From an uncultured Candidatus Saccharibacteria bacterium (GTDB lineage Bacteria; Patescibacteriota; Saccharimonadia; Saccharimonadales; SLHW01): a stretch of DNA of 34,026 bases. Of the stretch, positions 16,025-25,311 are shown in pieces; within the stretch, counting starts at the first letter, position 1; every line of letters begins with the position of its first letter. Under the pieces are notes generated by a model. It saw only the letters and a list, made by a program, of their open reading frames with translations. It had not been told where the DNA came from and ran no database searches. The DNA lies in contig CAZGPJ010000002.1 of the NCBI GenBank assembly GCA_964527485.1, forward strand, positions 1 through 34,026. The letters are read 5' to 3'. A program made the translations under genes and the position numbers.

Positions 16025-17632
16025 ATGTCAAAAATAATGCTCGTCGAGGACGACAATAACCTACGAGAAATCTATGAAGCTCGTTTGTTGGCTGAAGGCT
16101 ATCAGGTTATTTCGGCGCAAGATGGTGAGGAAGCACTAGCTCTCGCTACCAAGGAAAAGCCCGACCTCATCATATCTGATGTCATGATGCCAAAAATCAG
16201 TGGCTTTGACATGCTCGATATCCTCCGCACCACACCTGGAGTTGAAAACACCAAGGTTGTCATGATGACTGCTCTATCCCAAGCAGAGGATAAAGAGCGA
16301 GCCGACAAGCTTGGCGCGGATAAGTACCTTGTAAAGTCGCAAGTGACGCTGGAAGATGTCGCTCGAGTAGCTGGTGAATTACTGAACGGAACACCAGCAG
16401 GCGCTAACTCTGATCCAGCACCCGAAGAAAGCGAACCAGCTGAACCAGCGGAAACTAATGAAGCTCAAAACAACCCCCAAACTATCGAGCCCGACAGAAG
16501 CCAATCAACACAGCAAAAGACTGAAGAACAAACAACAAAGGAACCAACTGTGCAAGACCAGAACACAGAAAACCAACCACAGACACCGCAGCCGAACCCA
16601 GCTCCAGCTCCATCGCAGCCAGCCGCGCCCGCAGCCCCAACACCACCGCAGCCGCCGGCACCCGTTATGCCAGAAGTGAACACAGACGCTAACTCGACGC
16701 CACAACAGTCGTCAGAAACCACGCCAAGCCAACAGCCTGCCGCGCCCGCAGCCCCAACAACACCGCAGCCGCAAACTCCCCCCGACCAAGAGATGCAGGC
16801 GCCAGCAGCGCAGCCAAGCCAGCCAGCCGATCAAGTAACGCAAGCGCCCGTCCAGACTACGGCGCAGCCGCAACAACCTGCACCGACACCAAGCCAGCCG
16901 TCCAACCTTGGCGACCAGGCGCAATCAACAGCTGAAGAAGAAGCTGCTGTTGATGCGAAAATTGATGACTTTGTCAAAAACCAGCTGCAAAGCAATGAGC
17001 CAGCCGAGACAGAAAAGCCTGACGCACAGCCTCAGCAACAGCAAGCTAATCAACCTGAGGCAGCCCTTGATCAAGGAAGCGGTGTCACTCTATCGAACGC
17101 AACTGCTTCGACTCCGACCCTTGAAGTCAAGCAGGCCCCTCAAGACGATAATCAGCCAAGTCAAAACAATGCCCAAACACCACCAGCTCCAAGCCCAACG
17201 GTGCCTCCTGCTGCACAACAGCCAGCACCCCCAGCAGCAGCCCCTCAATCAACAGCCCAGCCTCAGCCTGAGCCCGCCAAACCTGCTCCTGAGCAAAGCA
17301 ATACGCCGAGCGCAGCCGGTGGACAACGTATCATTCAACCTTTACCTGCCAATGAACAACCCAATAAACAAGACATCAACACGCTCGCCTCACAAGAACA
17401 AGAAGAAGCATACGGCGCACCGCAAGGCGCACCTCCTGCCTCAACAGTCGTCTCGCCAAATGGACAGACAACAACGCCTGCGAACCCGAACGAAGCCCCA
17501 AGTGCGACAAACCCAGGCAATGTCATTCAGCCTGGTGGACAACAACAAGCACAGCAACCTCAACAACAGCCCCCGCAACAAGCCAATACAGAAGCTCCTT
17601 CCGACGACGACCCAAGCAATATCGCGCTTTAG
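16025..17632 (+). CDS. Response regulator: REC domain fused to a ~410 aa Pro/Gln/Ala/Thr-rich low-complexity tail, no output domain
   Basis: 535 aa. The REC residues are intact (EDD, phospho-acceptor in LIISDVMMP, MMTA, KYLVKS). From about residue 125 onward it is P/Q/A/T/E-rich with almost no K/R. It contains a 34 nt DNA repeat (16622-16655 / 16739-16772). Confidence 0.85.
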   Translation: MSKIMLVEDDNNLREIYEARLLAEGYQVISAQDGEEALALATKEKPDLIISDVMMPKISGFDMLDILRTTPGVENTKVVMMTALSQAEDKERADKLGADKYLVKSQVTLEDVARVAGELLNGTPAGANSDPAPEESEPAEPAETNEAQNNPQTIEPDRSQSTQQKTEEQTTKEPTVQDQNTENQPQTPQPNPAPAPSQPAAPAAPTPPQPPAPVMPEVNTDANSTPQQSSETTPSQQPAAPAAPTTPQPQTPPDQEMQAPAAQPSQPADQVTQAPVQTTAQPQQPAPTPSQPSNLGDQAQSTAEEEAAVDAKIDDFVKNQLQSNEPAETEKPDAQPQQQQANQPEAALDQGSGVTLSNATASTPTLEVKQAPQDDNQPSQNNAQTPPAPSPTVPPAAQQPAPPAAAPQSTAQPQPEPAKPAPEQSNTPSAAGGQRIIQPLPANEQPNKQDINTLASQEQEEAYGAPQGAPPASTVVSPNGQTTTPANPNEAPSATNPGNVIQPGGQQQAQQPQQQPPQQANTEAPSDDDPSNIAL

Positions 17633-17681
17633 AGGGCCGGGATAGCTATTCGAAATACTGGCTCTGCTATGCTAGGTCTAT

Positions 17682-18350
17682 ATGCGTATTAACAGTTACA
17701 TCGCCAAGGCAACGGGAATCAGCAGGCGAGCCGCAGACACGCGCATTGAAAACGGTGCCGTTAGAATCAATGACACGTTAGCAAAACTTGGCCAAACAGT
17801 TTCTTCTGGTGATACAGTGCAGCTTGATGGCAATATCATTACCATCAAAGAGCAATCGCATCTGATTGCGCTCCATAAGCCCGTTGGCTACGTCTGCTCA
17901 CGCCAGGGACAGGGCAGTAAGACTATCTATGACCTCTTACCAAAAAATCTTCACCACCTAAAGCCTGCCGGACGCCTCGATAAAGCCAGCTCTGGCCTAC
18001 TTCTGCTGACTGATGATGGCTCGCTTGCGCATCAGCTTACTCATCCCAGCTTTCATAAACAGAAAGTCTACCGCGTTCATATCGATCAGCCACTACAGCC
18101 CACTGAAAAGAAACGTATCGCCACATCCGGTGTTGATATTGGCGATACCCGGCCTAGCTCTTTTGAGTTAAAGCAGCTCGATAAGGCGGGCCAGATGTGG
18201 CTCGCCACTCTTCAGGAAGGTCGTAATCGGCAAATCCGCCGCACCTTCTCGGCGCTCGGCCACCGGGTCAGCAGACTCCACCGCATTTCGTTCGGGCCGT
18301 ACCAACTTGGTGGCATAGCCCTTGGCTCGTACAAACAGCTGAAAAAATAA
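17682..18350 (+). CDS. Pseudouridine synthase, RsuA/RluB family (S4 plus catalytic domain)
   Basis: 222 aa with an S4-like N-terminus, the catalytic motif GRLDKASSGLLLLTDDG, and NRQIRR. Confidence 0.88.
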   Translation: MRINSYIAKATGISRRAADTRIENGAVRINDTLAKLGQTVSSGDTVQLDGNIITIKEQSHLIALHKPVGYVCSRQGQGSKTIYDLLPKNLHHLKPAGRLDKASSGLLLLTDDGSLAHQLTHPSFHKQKVYRVHIDQPLQPTEKKRIATSGVDIGDTRPSSFELKQLDKAGQMWLATLQEGRNRQIRRTFSALGHRVSRLHRISFGPYQLGGIALGSYKQLKK

Positions 18351-18404
18351 TTCTCAGACGGATTATTAGTACCTGAGCCGTTTTTTTGGGATAATGCACA
18401 GTAT

Positions 18405-19730
18405 ATGAAGAAACGACTACCCATTGTCGCCCTCGTTGGACGTGCCAATGTCGGCAAATCTAGCCTGTTTAACACCATTATTGGGTCGCGGCAGACTATC
18501 GTTGCGCGCGAGGCAGGAACCACGCGTGATTCCATATGGGAGAGGACCGAGCACCGCGGACACCACTTTTGGCTGATTGACACAGCCGGCATGAAAGCCG
18601 CCGAAGACGAATTCGAGCTAACGATTCAAGACCAAATTCGTGAAGCGTCGCACAGCGCTGACGTCATATGGGTGGTGATTGAGGCTGATACGCCAATAAC
18701 CAGCGAGGACCGACGAGTCGCCAAGACCGCACTGAAAAGCAAAAAACCAGTCATGCTAGTCGTCAACAAAGCAGACAAAGCACCGCGAGCACAGCCAGAG
18801 GAATACCAATCGCTTGGCATCACGCCGATTATCCTCACCAGCACCACGCAAAAAGCAGGTATTGATGACCTACTCGATATATTGGTGGAGGAGATCCCAA
18901 AGAAACAATCAAGCGAGCCGGAGCAAATAATTCACGCCTCCCTCATCGGACGCCCCAACGTTGGTAAATCAAGCCTGTTCAACGCTCTGGCAAAAAAACA
19001 GCAGGCGCTCGTGGCCGCTGCAGCCGGTACTACTCGCGATATCAATAAGGCTCTGGTGCGCTACGAACAGCAACAAATTGAAATCGCAGATACCGCTGGC
19101 ATCAGGAAGCCAGGTAAAATCGAGCGTGGCGTTGAGAAGTTCAGTGTATTGCGCAGCATCGCAGCGATCGAAGCGGCCGACGTCTGTCTTCTCGTGATTG
19201 ACGCCAACGAACCAGCAGTCGCCTTAGAGCAGAAAATTGCCGGCATGGTCAAGGAAGCAAACCGCGGCCTGATACTAGTTATTAGCAAATGGGACAGTGT
19301 CGATAAAGATGCCTACACCCGCGATGAAATCGCCAGGCGGCTGCAACACGAGTTTGACTTTGTGCCGTGGGCGCCACTTATCTTCACCAGCAGCGTCGAT
19401 GGACAGAACGTCACCAAATTGTTTAGCCTCATAACAGAGACTTACCACAAGCAACAGCGACGCATAAAAACACCTGAACTCAACCGGTGGTTACGAGAAG
19501 TATGTGAAAAGCATCCACCAGCCGGACTAAAGAACTCGCAACCGCGCCTCCAGTACATGGTTCAAGAAGACGAAAATCCAACAAACTTCAAAGTTTTCGG
19601 CAAACAGACCCGCTTACTGCACTGGAGCTATAAGCGGTTCATGGAGCGGGAGTTCCGCGAACGCTTTGGCTACGAAGGAGTTGCTATTCGTTTCTGGTTT
19701 TTCGACGGGAAAACCAAACAGAAGAAATAG
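18405..19730 (+). CDS. der: Ribosome-associated GTPase Der/EngA
   Basis: 441 aa with two GTPase domains (GRANVGKSS..DTAG..NKAD and GRPNVGKSS..DTAG..SKWD) plus a KH-like C-terminus. Confidence 0.93.
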   Translation: MKKRLPIVALVGRANVGKSSLFNTIIGSRQTIVAREAGTTRDSIWERTEHRGHHFWLIDTAGMKAAEDEFELTIQDQIREASHSADVIWVVIEADTPITSEDRRVAKTALKSKKPVMLVVNKADKAPRAQPEEYQSLGITPIILTSTTQKAGIDDLLDILVEEIPKKQSSEPEQIIHASLIGRPNVGKSSLFNALAKKQQALVAAAAGTTRDINKALVRYEQQQIEIADTAGIRKPGKIERGVEKFSVLRSIAAIEAADVCLLVIDANEPAVALEQKIAGMVKEANRGLILVISKWDSVDKDAYTRDEIARRLQHEFDFVPWAPLIFTSSVDGQNVTKLFSLITETYHKQQRRIKTPELNRWLREVCEKHPPAGLKNSQPRLQYMVQEDENPTNFKVFGKQTRLLHWSYKRFMEREFRERFGYEGVAIRFWFFDGKTKQKK

Positions 19731-19746
19731 AGCAGAGAAGGACACT

Positions 19747-20385
19747 ATGGCCCTACTACAGAAAAAACCTCAGCTAAGCAGCAACCTCCCCCTCTATACG
19801 ACAGGCATGGGCGATAGCCGCTTTCTGGTTGTCGGTTTGGGTAATCCAGATAAAAAATATGAGGATACACGCCACAACATTGGTTTTACGAGTGTCGATA
19901 ACTTCGTGCGCGAGCACGACTTTCCCACATGGAGCCACAAGAGTGAATTGCGAGCAGATATAACAACACACCAGCTCATGAACAACCACATCGTCGTCAT
20001 CAAGCCAACCACCTACATGAACAACAGCGGTGATGCAGTGCAGAGAACCGCTCAGTACTATAAGATACCTCCATCTAATATTATTGTCGTCTATGACGAT
20101 ATCGACATCCTGTTTGGGCAGATTCGGGCGCAAGTCAGCGGATCATCGGCCGGCCATAATGGCATAAAGTCCATTATCAGTACCGTTGGAGAGGACTTCG
20201 GTAGAGTGCGCGTTGGTGTGGGCACGGACCCGGCGCCTGAAAATACCTCTGCGTTCGTATTGTCTCGCTTTGATAAAGAAGAGCAGGGTGGTCTACCATC
20301 CATCACACAAGAAGTCACTGCACTTTTAACCGAATACATCTTCAGCGGCGCACCGCTGAACAAAGAAACGCGCACGGTCCTCTAA
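19747..20385 (+). CDS. pth: Peptidyl-tRNA hydrolase
   Basis: Contains GLGNPDKKYEDTRHNIGF and GHNGIKS motifs. I place the start at ATG 19747, which has a GAAGGA SD. The ORF-track start at 19666 would overlap der by 65 nt. Confidence 0.9.
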   Translation: MALLQKKPQLSSNLPLYTTGMGDSRFLVVGLGNPDKKYEDTRHNIGFTSVDNFVREHDFPTWSHKSELRADITTHQLMNNHIVVIKPTTYMNNSGDAVQRTAQYYKIPPSNIIVVYDDIDILFGQIRAQVSGSSAGHNGIKSIISTVGEDFGRVRVGVGTDPAPENTSAFVLSRFDKEEQGGLPSITQEVTALLTEYIFSGAPLNKETRTVL

Positions 20386-20391
20386 ACAAAA

Positions 20392-20432
20392 AACGAGCTT
20401 CTAGAGGGGGTGGGCACCGCTAGAAGCTCGTT
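20392..20432 (+). terminator. Hairpin terminator after pth
   Basis: 13 bp stem aacgagcttctag / ctagaagctcgtt with a 15 nt loop, followed by a short T-rich tail. Confidence 0.55.
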
Positions 20433-20777
20433 TCATGAGGTATTGACGGCCCGGAACAGGTGACAATACCTCGGATATACCCTTCAACCCACCCCGGTGA
20501 AGCGTCGGATTGCGATAGGTTTACTCATCGCCCGCGCCTCCGCAAAAAGCGGAATACGGTATACTCACCATTTTGTTTGGGCCAGTCGCGCCTCAAAGAG
20601 GCTCCTGGCACCCGACTCATGCGAAGTGCACGAGCTGGGGCGTTAAAGGGGTTAGTTTGTTTTAGAGCGAAAAGTGAGCCAAAACGCTCGACAGAATTGC
20701 TTGCTCAATCATACACGTGGAGGGTAAGACGTATTATGTATCGTGCAGGCGCGCTCTAAAACAATCTAACAATGTTG

Positions 20778-20799
20778 TTCTAGCAAATAATTGCTAGAA
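20778..20799. promoter_or_regulatory. Perfect palindrome TTCTAGCAA-ATAA-TTGCTAGAA upstream of dprA (candidate operator)
   Basis: 9 bp arms with a 4 nt spacer. The half-site core tagcaaataa recurs as a direct copy at 20851-20860. Confidence 0.4.
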
Positions 20800-20862
20800 T
20801 GGGATATAAGGTACGTAAATCACCTTATTGGCGTTTACAGAAATATACTTTAGCAAATAAAG

Positions 20863-21756
20863 TTGTTTATGTCAATACTAAAAAAATATTTTATGAATAA
20901 AGTCAACAAGCTTACGCTAAAATCTCCTGACTTTCCCGAGGTTCTGCGGCATATCCCGGACCCGCCAAAACAGCTCTACGTCCGTGGCTCACTCGATAGC
21001 CTCACTCACCACGCAGCGCTTGCCGTCGTCGGTTCACGCAAAATCACTCCGTACGGCAGGGAAGTGACGCAGAGGCTCGTCTCTGACATAAGCGACCGTG
21101 ATATCGTCATAGTAAGTGGTCTCGCCCTCGGCGTAGATGTAGTCGCCCAACAGTCTGCGCTCAGCTCAAATCTGCCGTCTATCGCCGTCATGGCCTGTGG
21201 TCTTGACGTTATTTATCCAGCAAGACACCGCACGGTGGCGAAAAAAATCATTCAACAGGGCGGGGCAGTGGTGAGCGAATATCCGATTGGCACGCCGCCA
21301 CTGCGCCACCACTTTATTGAGCGAAATCGGATTGTTGCCGGCCTAAGTCAGGCTGTGCTGATTACCGAGGCAGCCCAGAAAAGCGGCACTCTGCATACTG
21401 CACGGTTTGCACTGGAGCAGGGGAGAAGCGTCCTAGCCGTGCCAGGCAACATCACCAGTTACACGAGTCACGGCACCAACAATCTTATTGCGCAAGGTGC
21501 ACGCGTCGTTCGTGATAGTAGCGACATTACGGATGAGCTCGGATTAGACAGCCAAAACCAGCAAACGCATATGATTATCGGTGATACTGAGGCCGAGAAT
21601 ACCATCATCGAACTACTCCGGTCCGGTCACAGCAGCGGGAAACAGCTGCTCGAGAGCAGCAATTTATCTGCCGAGGAGTATAACCAAACCATAACCATGC
21701 TGGAAATATCAGGTAAGATCCGCGCCCTTGGCGCCGATCACTGGGGGCTAAAATAA
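20863..21756 (+). CDS. dprA: DNA processing protein DprA/Smf
   Basis: DprA core motifs AVVGSRKITPYG, SGLALGVD, ERNRIVAGLS and KSGTLHTA. The start is uncertain: TTG 20863, ATG 20869 or ATG 20893. Confidence 0.9.
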   Translation: MFMSILKKYFMNKVNKLTLKSPDFPEVLRHIPDPPKQLYVRGSLDSLTHHAALAVVGSRKITPYGREVTQRLVSDISDRDIVIVSGLALGVDVVAQQSALSSNLPSIAVMACGLDVIYPARHRTVAKKIIQQGGAVVSEYPIGTPPLRHHFIERNRIVAGLSQAVLITEAAQKSGTLHTARFALEQGRSVLAVPGNITSYTSHGTNNLIAQGARVVRDSSDITDELGLDSQNQQTHMIIGDTEAENTIIELLRSGHSSGKQLLESSNLSAEEYNQTITMLEISGKIRALGADHWGLK

Positions 21757-21804
21757 CCAGAACAAGTTGCAGATGTATATATGTTGTCTGTACACTAAGG
21801 CAAT

Positions 21805-24096
21805 ATGTCAAAAAATCTTGTTATCGTTGAGAGCCCAGCTAAAGCCGAAACTATCAAAAAATACCTCGGTAAAGACTACGAAGTCAAAAGCAGTTACGGA
21901 CATATCCGTGATCTGCCCAAGAAAAACCTCAATATCGATATTGAGAATGACTTCGAGCCAAAGTACGAAATCACCAGCGACAAGAAAAAAGTCGTATCTG
22001 AACTCCGTAAAGCCGCCAAAGATAAAACCGTCTGGCTCGCGAGCGATGAAGACCGTGAAGGAGAGGCTATCGCCTGGCATTTGTGCCACGCGCTGAAACT
22101 CGACCCGAAAAAGACCAATCGCATCGTTTTTCACGAAATTACCAAGCCAGCCATCCAGGATGCCATAAAACACCCACGCACGGTGAACGAACAGCTCGTC
22201 AGCGCACAGCAAGCCCGCCGCGTCCTCGATAGAATTGTGGGTTATCAGCTATCTCCCGTCCTCTGGAAAAAAATTCGCCCCGGCCTATCAGCCGGTCGCG
22301 TCCAGTCGGTTGCCGTCCGACTGATTACCGAACGAGAGCGTGAGATTCAAGTCTACGCACCTGCCGCTTCTTTCAAAGTACAGGCTACTCTCCAGACCTC
22401 GAGTAAGCCGGCAGAAGATTTGCAGGCCGAGCTCAAGGATAAGCCAGAAACGAAGCAAGAAGTCCTCGACCTATTCCAGTCCTTACGCGGCGCCCTGTTT
22501 CAGGTTACCTCCGTTGAGCAGAAGCCCAGCAACCGCAACCCCTCAGCACCGTTTACCACAAGTAGCCTGCAGCAAGAAGCAGCACGGAGGCTCGGCTTTA
22601 GCGTCCGTCAAACCATGACCGTGGCTCAGCGGCTATATGAAAGTGGTCTGATCACCTACATGCGTACAGACAGCACGACGCTATCAAAAACCGCCCTTGA
22701 TGCTGCCGAGAGTTATATCACCAAGACCTTCGGCGCTGACTACTTCCAATCACGCCACTACAAGACAAAGCAGTCATCTGCCCAGGAAGCTCACGAAGCC
22801 ATCCGCCCAACTGACGCCGCGCAGCCATCTGCCGGCAAAGACGACCAACAGCGTAAGCTCTATGAACTTATCTGGAAACGAACTGTGGCGAGCCAGATGG
22901 CGCCAGCGCGCGCCGACAAGACAAACGTAACGATATCTCCAGAAGGTACATCAGATGCTGTATTCATCGCCAAAGGCGAAGTCCTGCGCTTTGATGGATT
23001 TCTCAAGGTGTACGGCGGTGGAAAAGATGACGTTACCCTGCCTGACATCAGTGTTGGTGACACATTAACGCAACAGCGTATTGTAGCCGAAGAGACCTTC
23101 TCACGACCACCGGCACGCTACTCCGAGGCCAGTCTCGTTAAAAAGCTCGAAGATCTCGGTATTGGTCGCCCAAGCACCTATGCACCGACAATCTCCACCA
23201 TTCAAGCGCGAGGCTATGTCGAAAAAGCCGACATCGAAGGCGTTGACCGTACCCACCACATTGTTGAGCTAAGCGCTAATGACATCACAGAATCAGAAGA
23301 ATCCCGCCTCTACGGATCAGACAAAAACAAGCTACTGCCAACATCAGCTGCTTTGGTGACGACCGACTTCCTCAAGAAACACTTCTCCTACATTGTTGAT
23401 TATGATTTTACTGAGAACGTCGAGGCTCGATTCGACGAGGTGGCCGGAGGAAAGCTCGACTGGGTCAAGATGTTAAAGGACTTTTACGCTATCTTTGCCC
23501 CCCTTGTAGAGAAGTCGGAGTCTGTTAGTAAAAAAGATAGCATGCAGGCCCGAAAACTCGGTGATGACCCAAAAAGTGGCAAGCCCATATACGCTCGGTT
23601 TGGTCGATACGGACCAATGCTGCAACGGGGTGAAACTGAAGATGACGAAAAACCTGACTTCGCCCCCGTACCTGAAGATAAAGACCTTGAAAGCGTGACG
23701 TTTGAAGATGCGCTCGAGATGTTTAAGCTCCCGCGCATCGTTGGCCAAACCGAAGACGGCAAAGACATAAAAGCCAACATCGGCCGCTTTGGACCGTATA
23801 TAAGTGTCGATAGGACCTTCGTATCTATTAAGCCGCGTGATCCGATGAAAATCACTCTCGAAGAAGCGCGCGAGCTCTACGCAGAAAAACTACAGCAACT
23901 CAAAGATCGCCAGATTCAATCATTTCCCAGTGGCATAGAAATTATCAAAGGACCATACGGACCCTACATAACCAACGGCAAAAAGAATGTCCGAATACCA
24001 AAAAACGACGACCCAGCTGCTATCACTGAGAAGCAGGCTCAGGAGATGATAGACAAAGCTCCCGCCAAAAAGAAACGCTACAAAAAGAAAAAATAG
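21805..24096 (+). CDS. topA: DNA topoisomerase I (no Zn-finger C-terminus, Lys-rich tail)
   Basis: 763 aa. TOPRIM LVIVESPAKA, acidic DEDREGEAI, catalytic Tyr region ITYMRTDS. The C-terminal repeats end in KKKRYKKKK. Confidence 0.95.
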   Translation: MSKNLVIVESPAKAETIKKYLGKDYEVKSSYGHIRDLPKKNLNIDIENDFEPKYEITSDKKKVVSELRKAAKDKTVWLASDEDREGEAIAWHLCHALKLDPKKTNRIVFHEITKPAIQDAIKHPRTVNEQLVSAQQARRVLDRIVGYQLSPVLWKKIRPGLSAGRVQSVAVRLITEREREIQVYAPAASFKVQATLQTSSKPAEDLQAELKDKPETKQEVLDLFQSLRGALFQVTSVEQKPSNRNPSAPFTTSSLQQEAARRLGFSVRQTMTVAQRLYESGLITYMRTDSTTLSKTALDAAESYITKTFGADYFQSRHYKTKQSSAQEAHEAIRPTDAAQPSAGKDDQQRKLYELIWKRTVASQMAPARADKTNVTISPEGTSDAVFIAKGEVLRFDGFLKVYGGGKDDVTLPDISVGDTLTQQRIVAEETFSRPPARYSEASLVKKLEDLGIGRPSTYAPTISTIQARGYVEKADIEGVDRTHHIVELSANDITESEESRLYGSDKNKLLPTSAALVTTDFLKKHFSYIVDYDFTENVEARFDEVAGGKLDWVKMLKDFYAIFAPLVEKSESVSKKDSMQARKLGDDPKSGKPIYARFGRYGPMLQRGETEDDEKPDFAPVPEDKDLESVTFEDALEMFKLPRIVGQTEDGKDIKANIGRFGPYISVDRTFVSIKPRDPMKITLEEARELYAEKLQQLKDRQIQSFPSGIEIIKGPYGPYITNGKKNVRIPKNDDPAAITEKQAQEMIDKAPAKKKRYKKKK

Positions 24097-24207
24097 ACAG
24101 TCAAAGCCTTGATGCAATTAAGACATCGTTATATGCGTATATTAACATGTCACGTATTAGGCATATACGTCCATTTCATGCTAAAATATAAGTAATACAA
24201 GTCAGTA

Positions 24208-24236
24208 TTGACTTTTTTGTATATATGTTTTACAAT
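24208..24236 (+). promoter_or_regulatory. Sigma70 promoter TTGACT-17 nt-TACAAT
   Basis: -35 at 24208-24213 and -10 at 24231-24236, about 40 nt upstream of ATG 24277. Confidence 0.65.
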
Positions 24237-24276
24237 TAATAAAACGTAAGCGTCGGTGGGCAGGGAACGAGAAAAT

Positions 24277-25311
24277 ATGACAGAGCCTAAATCTGAGCGT
24301 AATACTGAGAAAATCGTAACTGATATTTTACAGATTATAGATCGAGAACGAGAACGAGAGATTGTGTCTCGTCGCTTTGGATTGTTTGATCGCAAGGAGA
24401 CGCTCGAGCAGATCGGTGAACTTCTTGGCATCACACGAGAGCGCGTTCGCCAGCTAGAAAAAGCCGTCGTCATACGGCTAAAAATGCAGGCAGAGGAGGG
24501 GAATGTCCCCCACGTCAAAGAACTCGAGCAGGAACTCGTCGATCACCTGACGTCATCGACAAAAGTTGCTCGGGTGAAGGATGTTACGCAGCAGTTTGTC
24601 GAAAAACCAAACCGGATTGAACATGCCCGCGTCGCCTTTATCGCTTCTTTGTGCGCCAACCTCGTTGTCGTCGATGAAAACGACAGTTATTATCAAGTTA
24701 TTGGCCTAAAATCTGAGCACGATGAAAAACAGCTGAAGACACAGGTGACGCAAGTCCTGCAGGCTGTTAAAGATATCGGAAAGCCAACCACTATTGCTGC
24801 AATCGCTAAAAAAGCTGGAATAGCTGACGAGAAGCACGTTGAAGGGCTCGCCCGCGCTTCTAAGCAGATAGCGACTCTCAATGGCCGTTGGGGTCTCACC
24901 AAGTGGCCAATGGTCAATCCAAAGAATATCCGAGACAAGATCTACGTGATTCTATACGAAAACGGAAAACACATGCACTTCAACGACATCGCCAAAGCTA
25001 TTCAGGAAAGCAGCTTCAAGCGAAATGACGTGACCGTGCAAGCTATACACAACGAACTCATCAAAGATAAGCGCTTTGTGCTTGTCGGCCGAGGCATCTA
25101 CGCTCTCAAGGAATGGGGCTTTAAAAAAGGCACCGTCGCCGATACCATCACCGATGTTCTGAATGCAGCCGGAAAACCTCTACACCGCGATGATATCGTA
25201 CGAGAGGTTCTCAAGAGCCGCTACGTCAAAGAAACGACGATTCTGCTGAACCTGCAGGGGAAACCCCAGTTCAAGCGCGTAGCTAAAGCTACCTACACTG
25301 TGGCCGAGTAG
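24277..25311 (+). CDS. Sigma-70 region-4-like HTH protein with C-terminal HARE-HTH-like domains
   Basis: The N-terminus (REIVSRRFGL..TLEQIGELLGITRERVRQLEKAVVIRLK) matches sigma70 region 4. The C-terminus has two segments (GKHMHFNDIAKAI.., GKPLHRDDIVREVLK) resembling HARE-HTH/RpoE-delta N-domains. An alternative GTG start lies at 24256. Confidence 0.75.
   Translation: MTEPKSERNTEKIVTDILQIIDREREREIVSRRFGLFDRKETLEQIGELLGITRERVRQLEKAVVIRLKMQAEEGNVPHVKELEQELVDHLTSSTKVARVKDVTQQFVEKPNRIEHARVAFIASLCANLVVVDENDSYYQVIGLKSEHDEKQLKTQVTQVLQAVKDIGKPTTIAAIAKKAGIADEKHVEGLARASKQIATLNGRWGLTKWPMVNPKNIRDKIYVILYENGKHMHFNDIAKAIQESSFKRNDVTVQAIHNELIKDKRFVLVGRGIYALKEWGFKKGTVADTITDVLNAAGKPLHRDDIVREVLKSRYVKETTILLNLQGKPQFKRVAKATYTVAE

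Noticed and set aside
16458-17645. Alternative-frame and antisense ORFs (16458-16679, 16465-16722, 16505-16705, 16712-16924, 16908-17645, 17335-17526)
   Set aside because: All are embedded in the low-complexity P/Q-rich tail of the receiver gene, where the repetitive CAG/CCA/GCC composition keeps several frames open. None has start signals or recognisable domains.
19666-19746. N-terminal extension of pth overlapping der by 65 nt
   Set aside because: The extension has no similarity to Pth N-termini. ATG 19747 has a GAAGGA SD and gives a conventional protein.
20433-20770. RNase P, 4.5S or 5S rRNA in the pth-dprA spacer
   Set aside because: There are partial look-alikes: gaaaagtgagcc and acagaattgcttg, ggcccggaacagg, and cacccgactcatgcgaagtg versus the 5S loop region. 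They are in the wrong spacing or order, and the required closing helices are missing.
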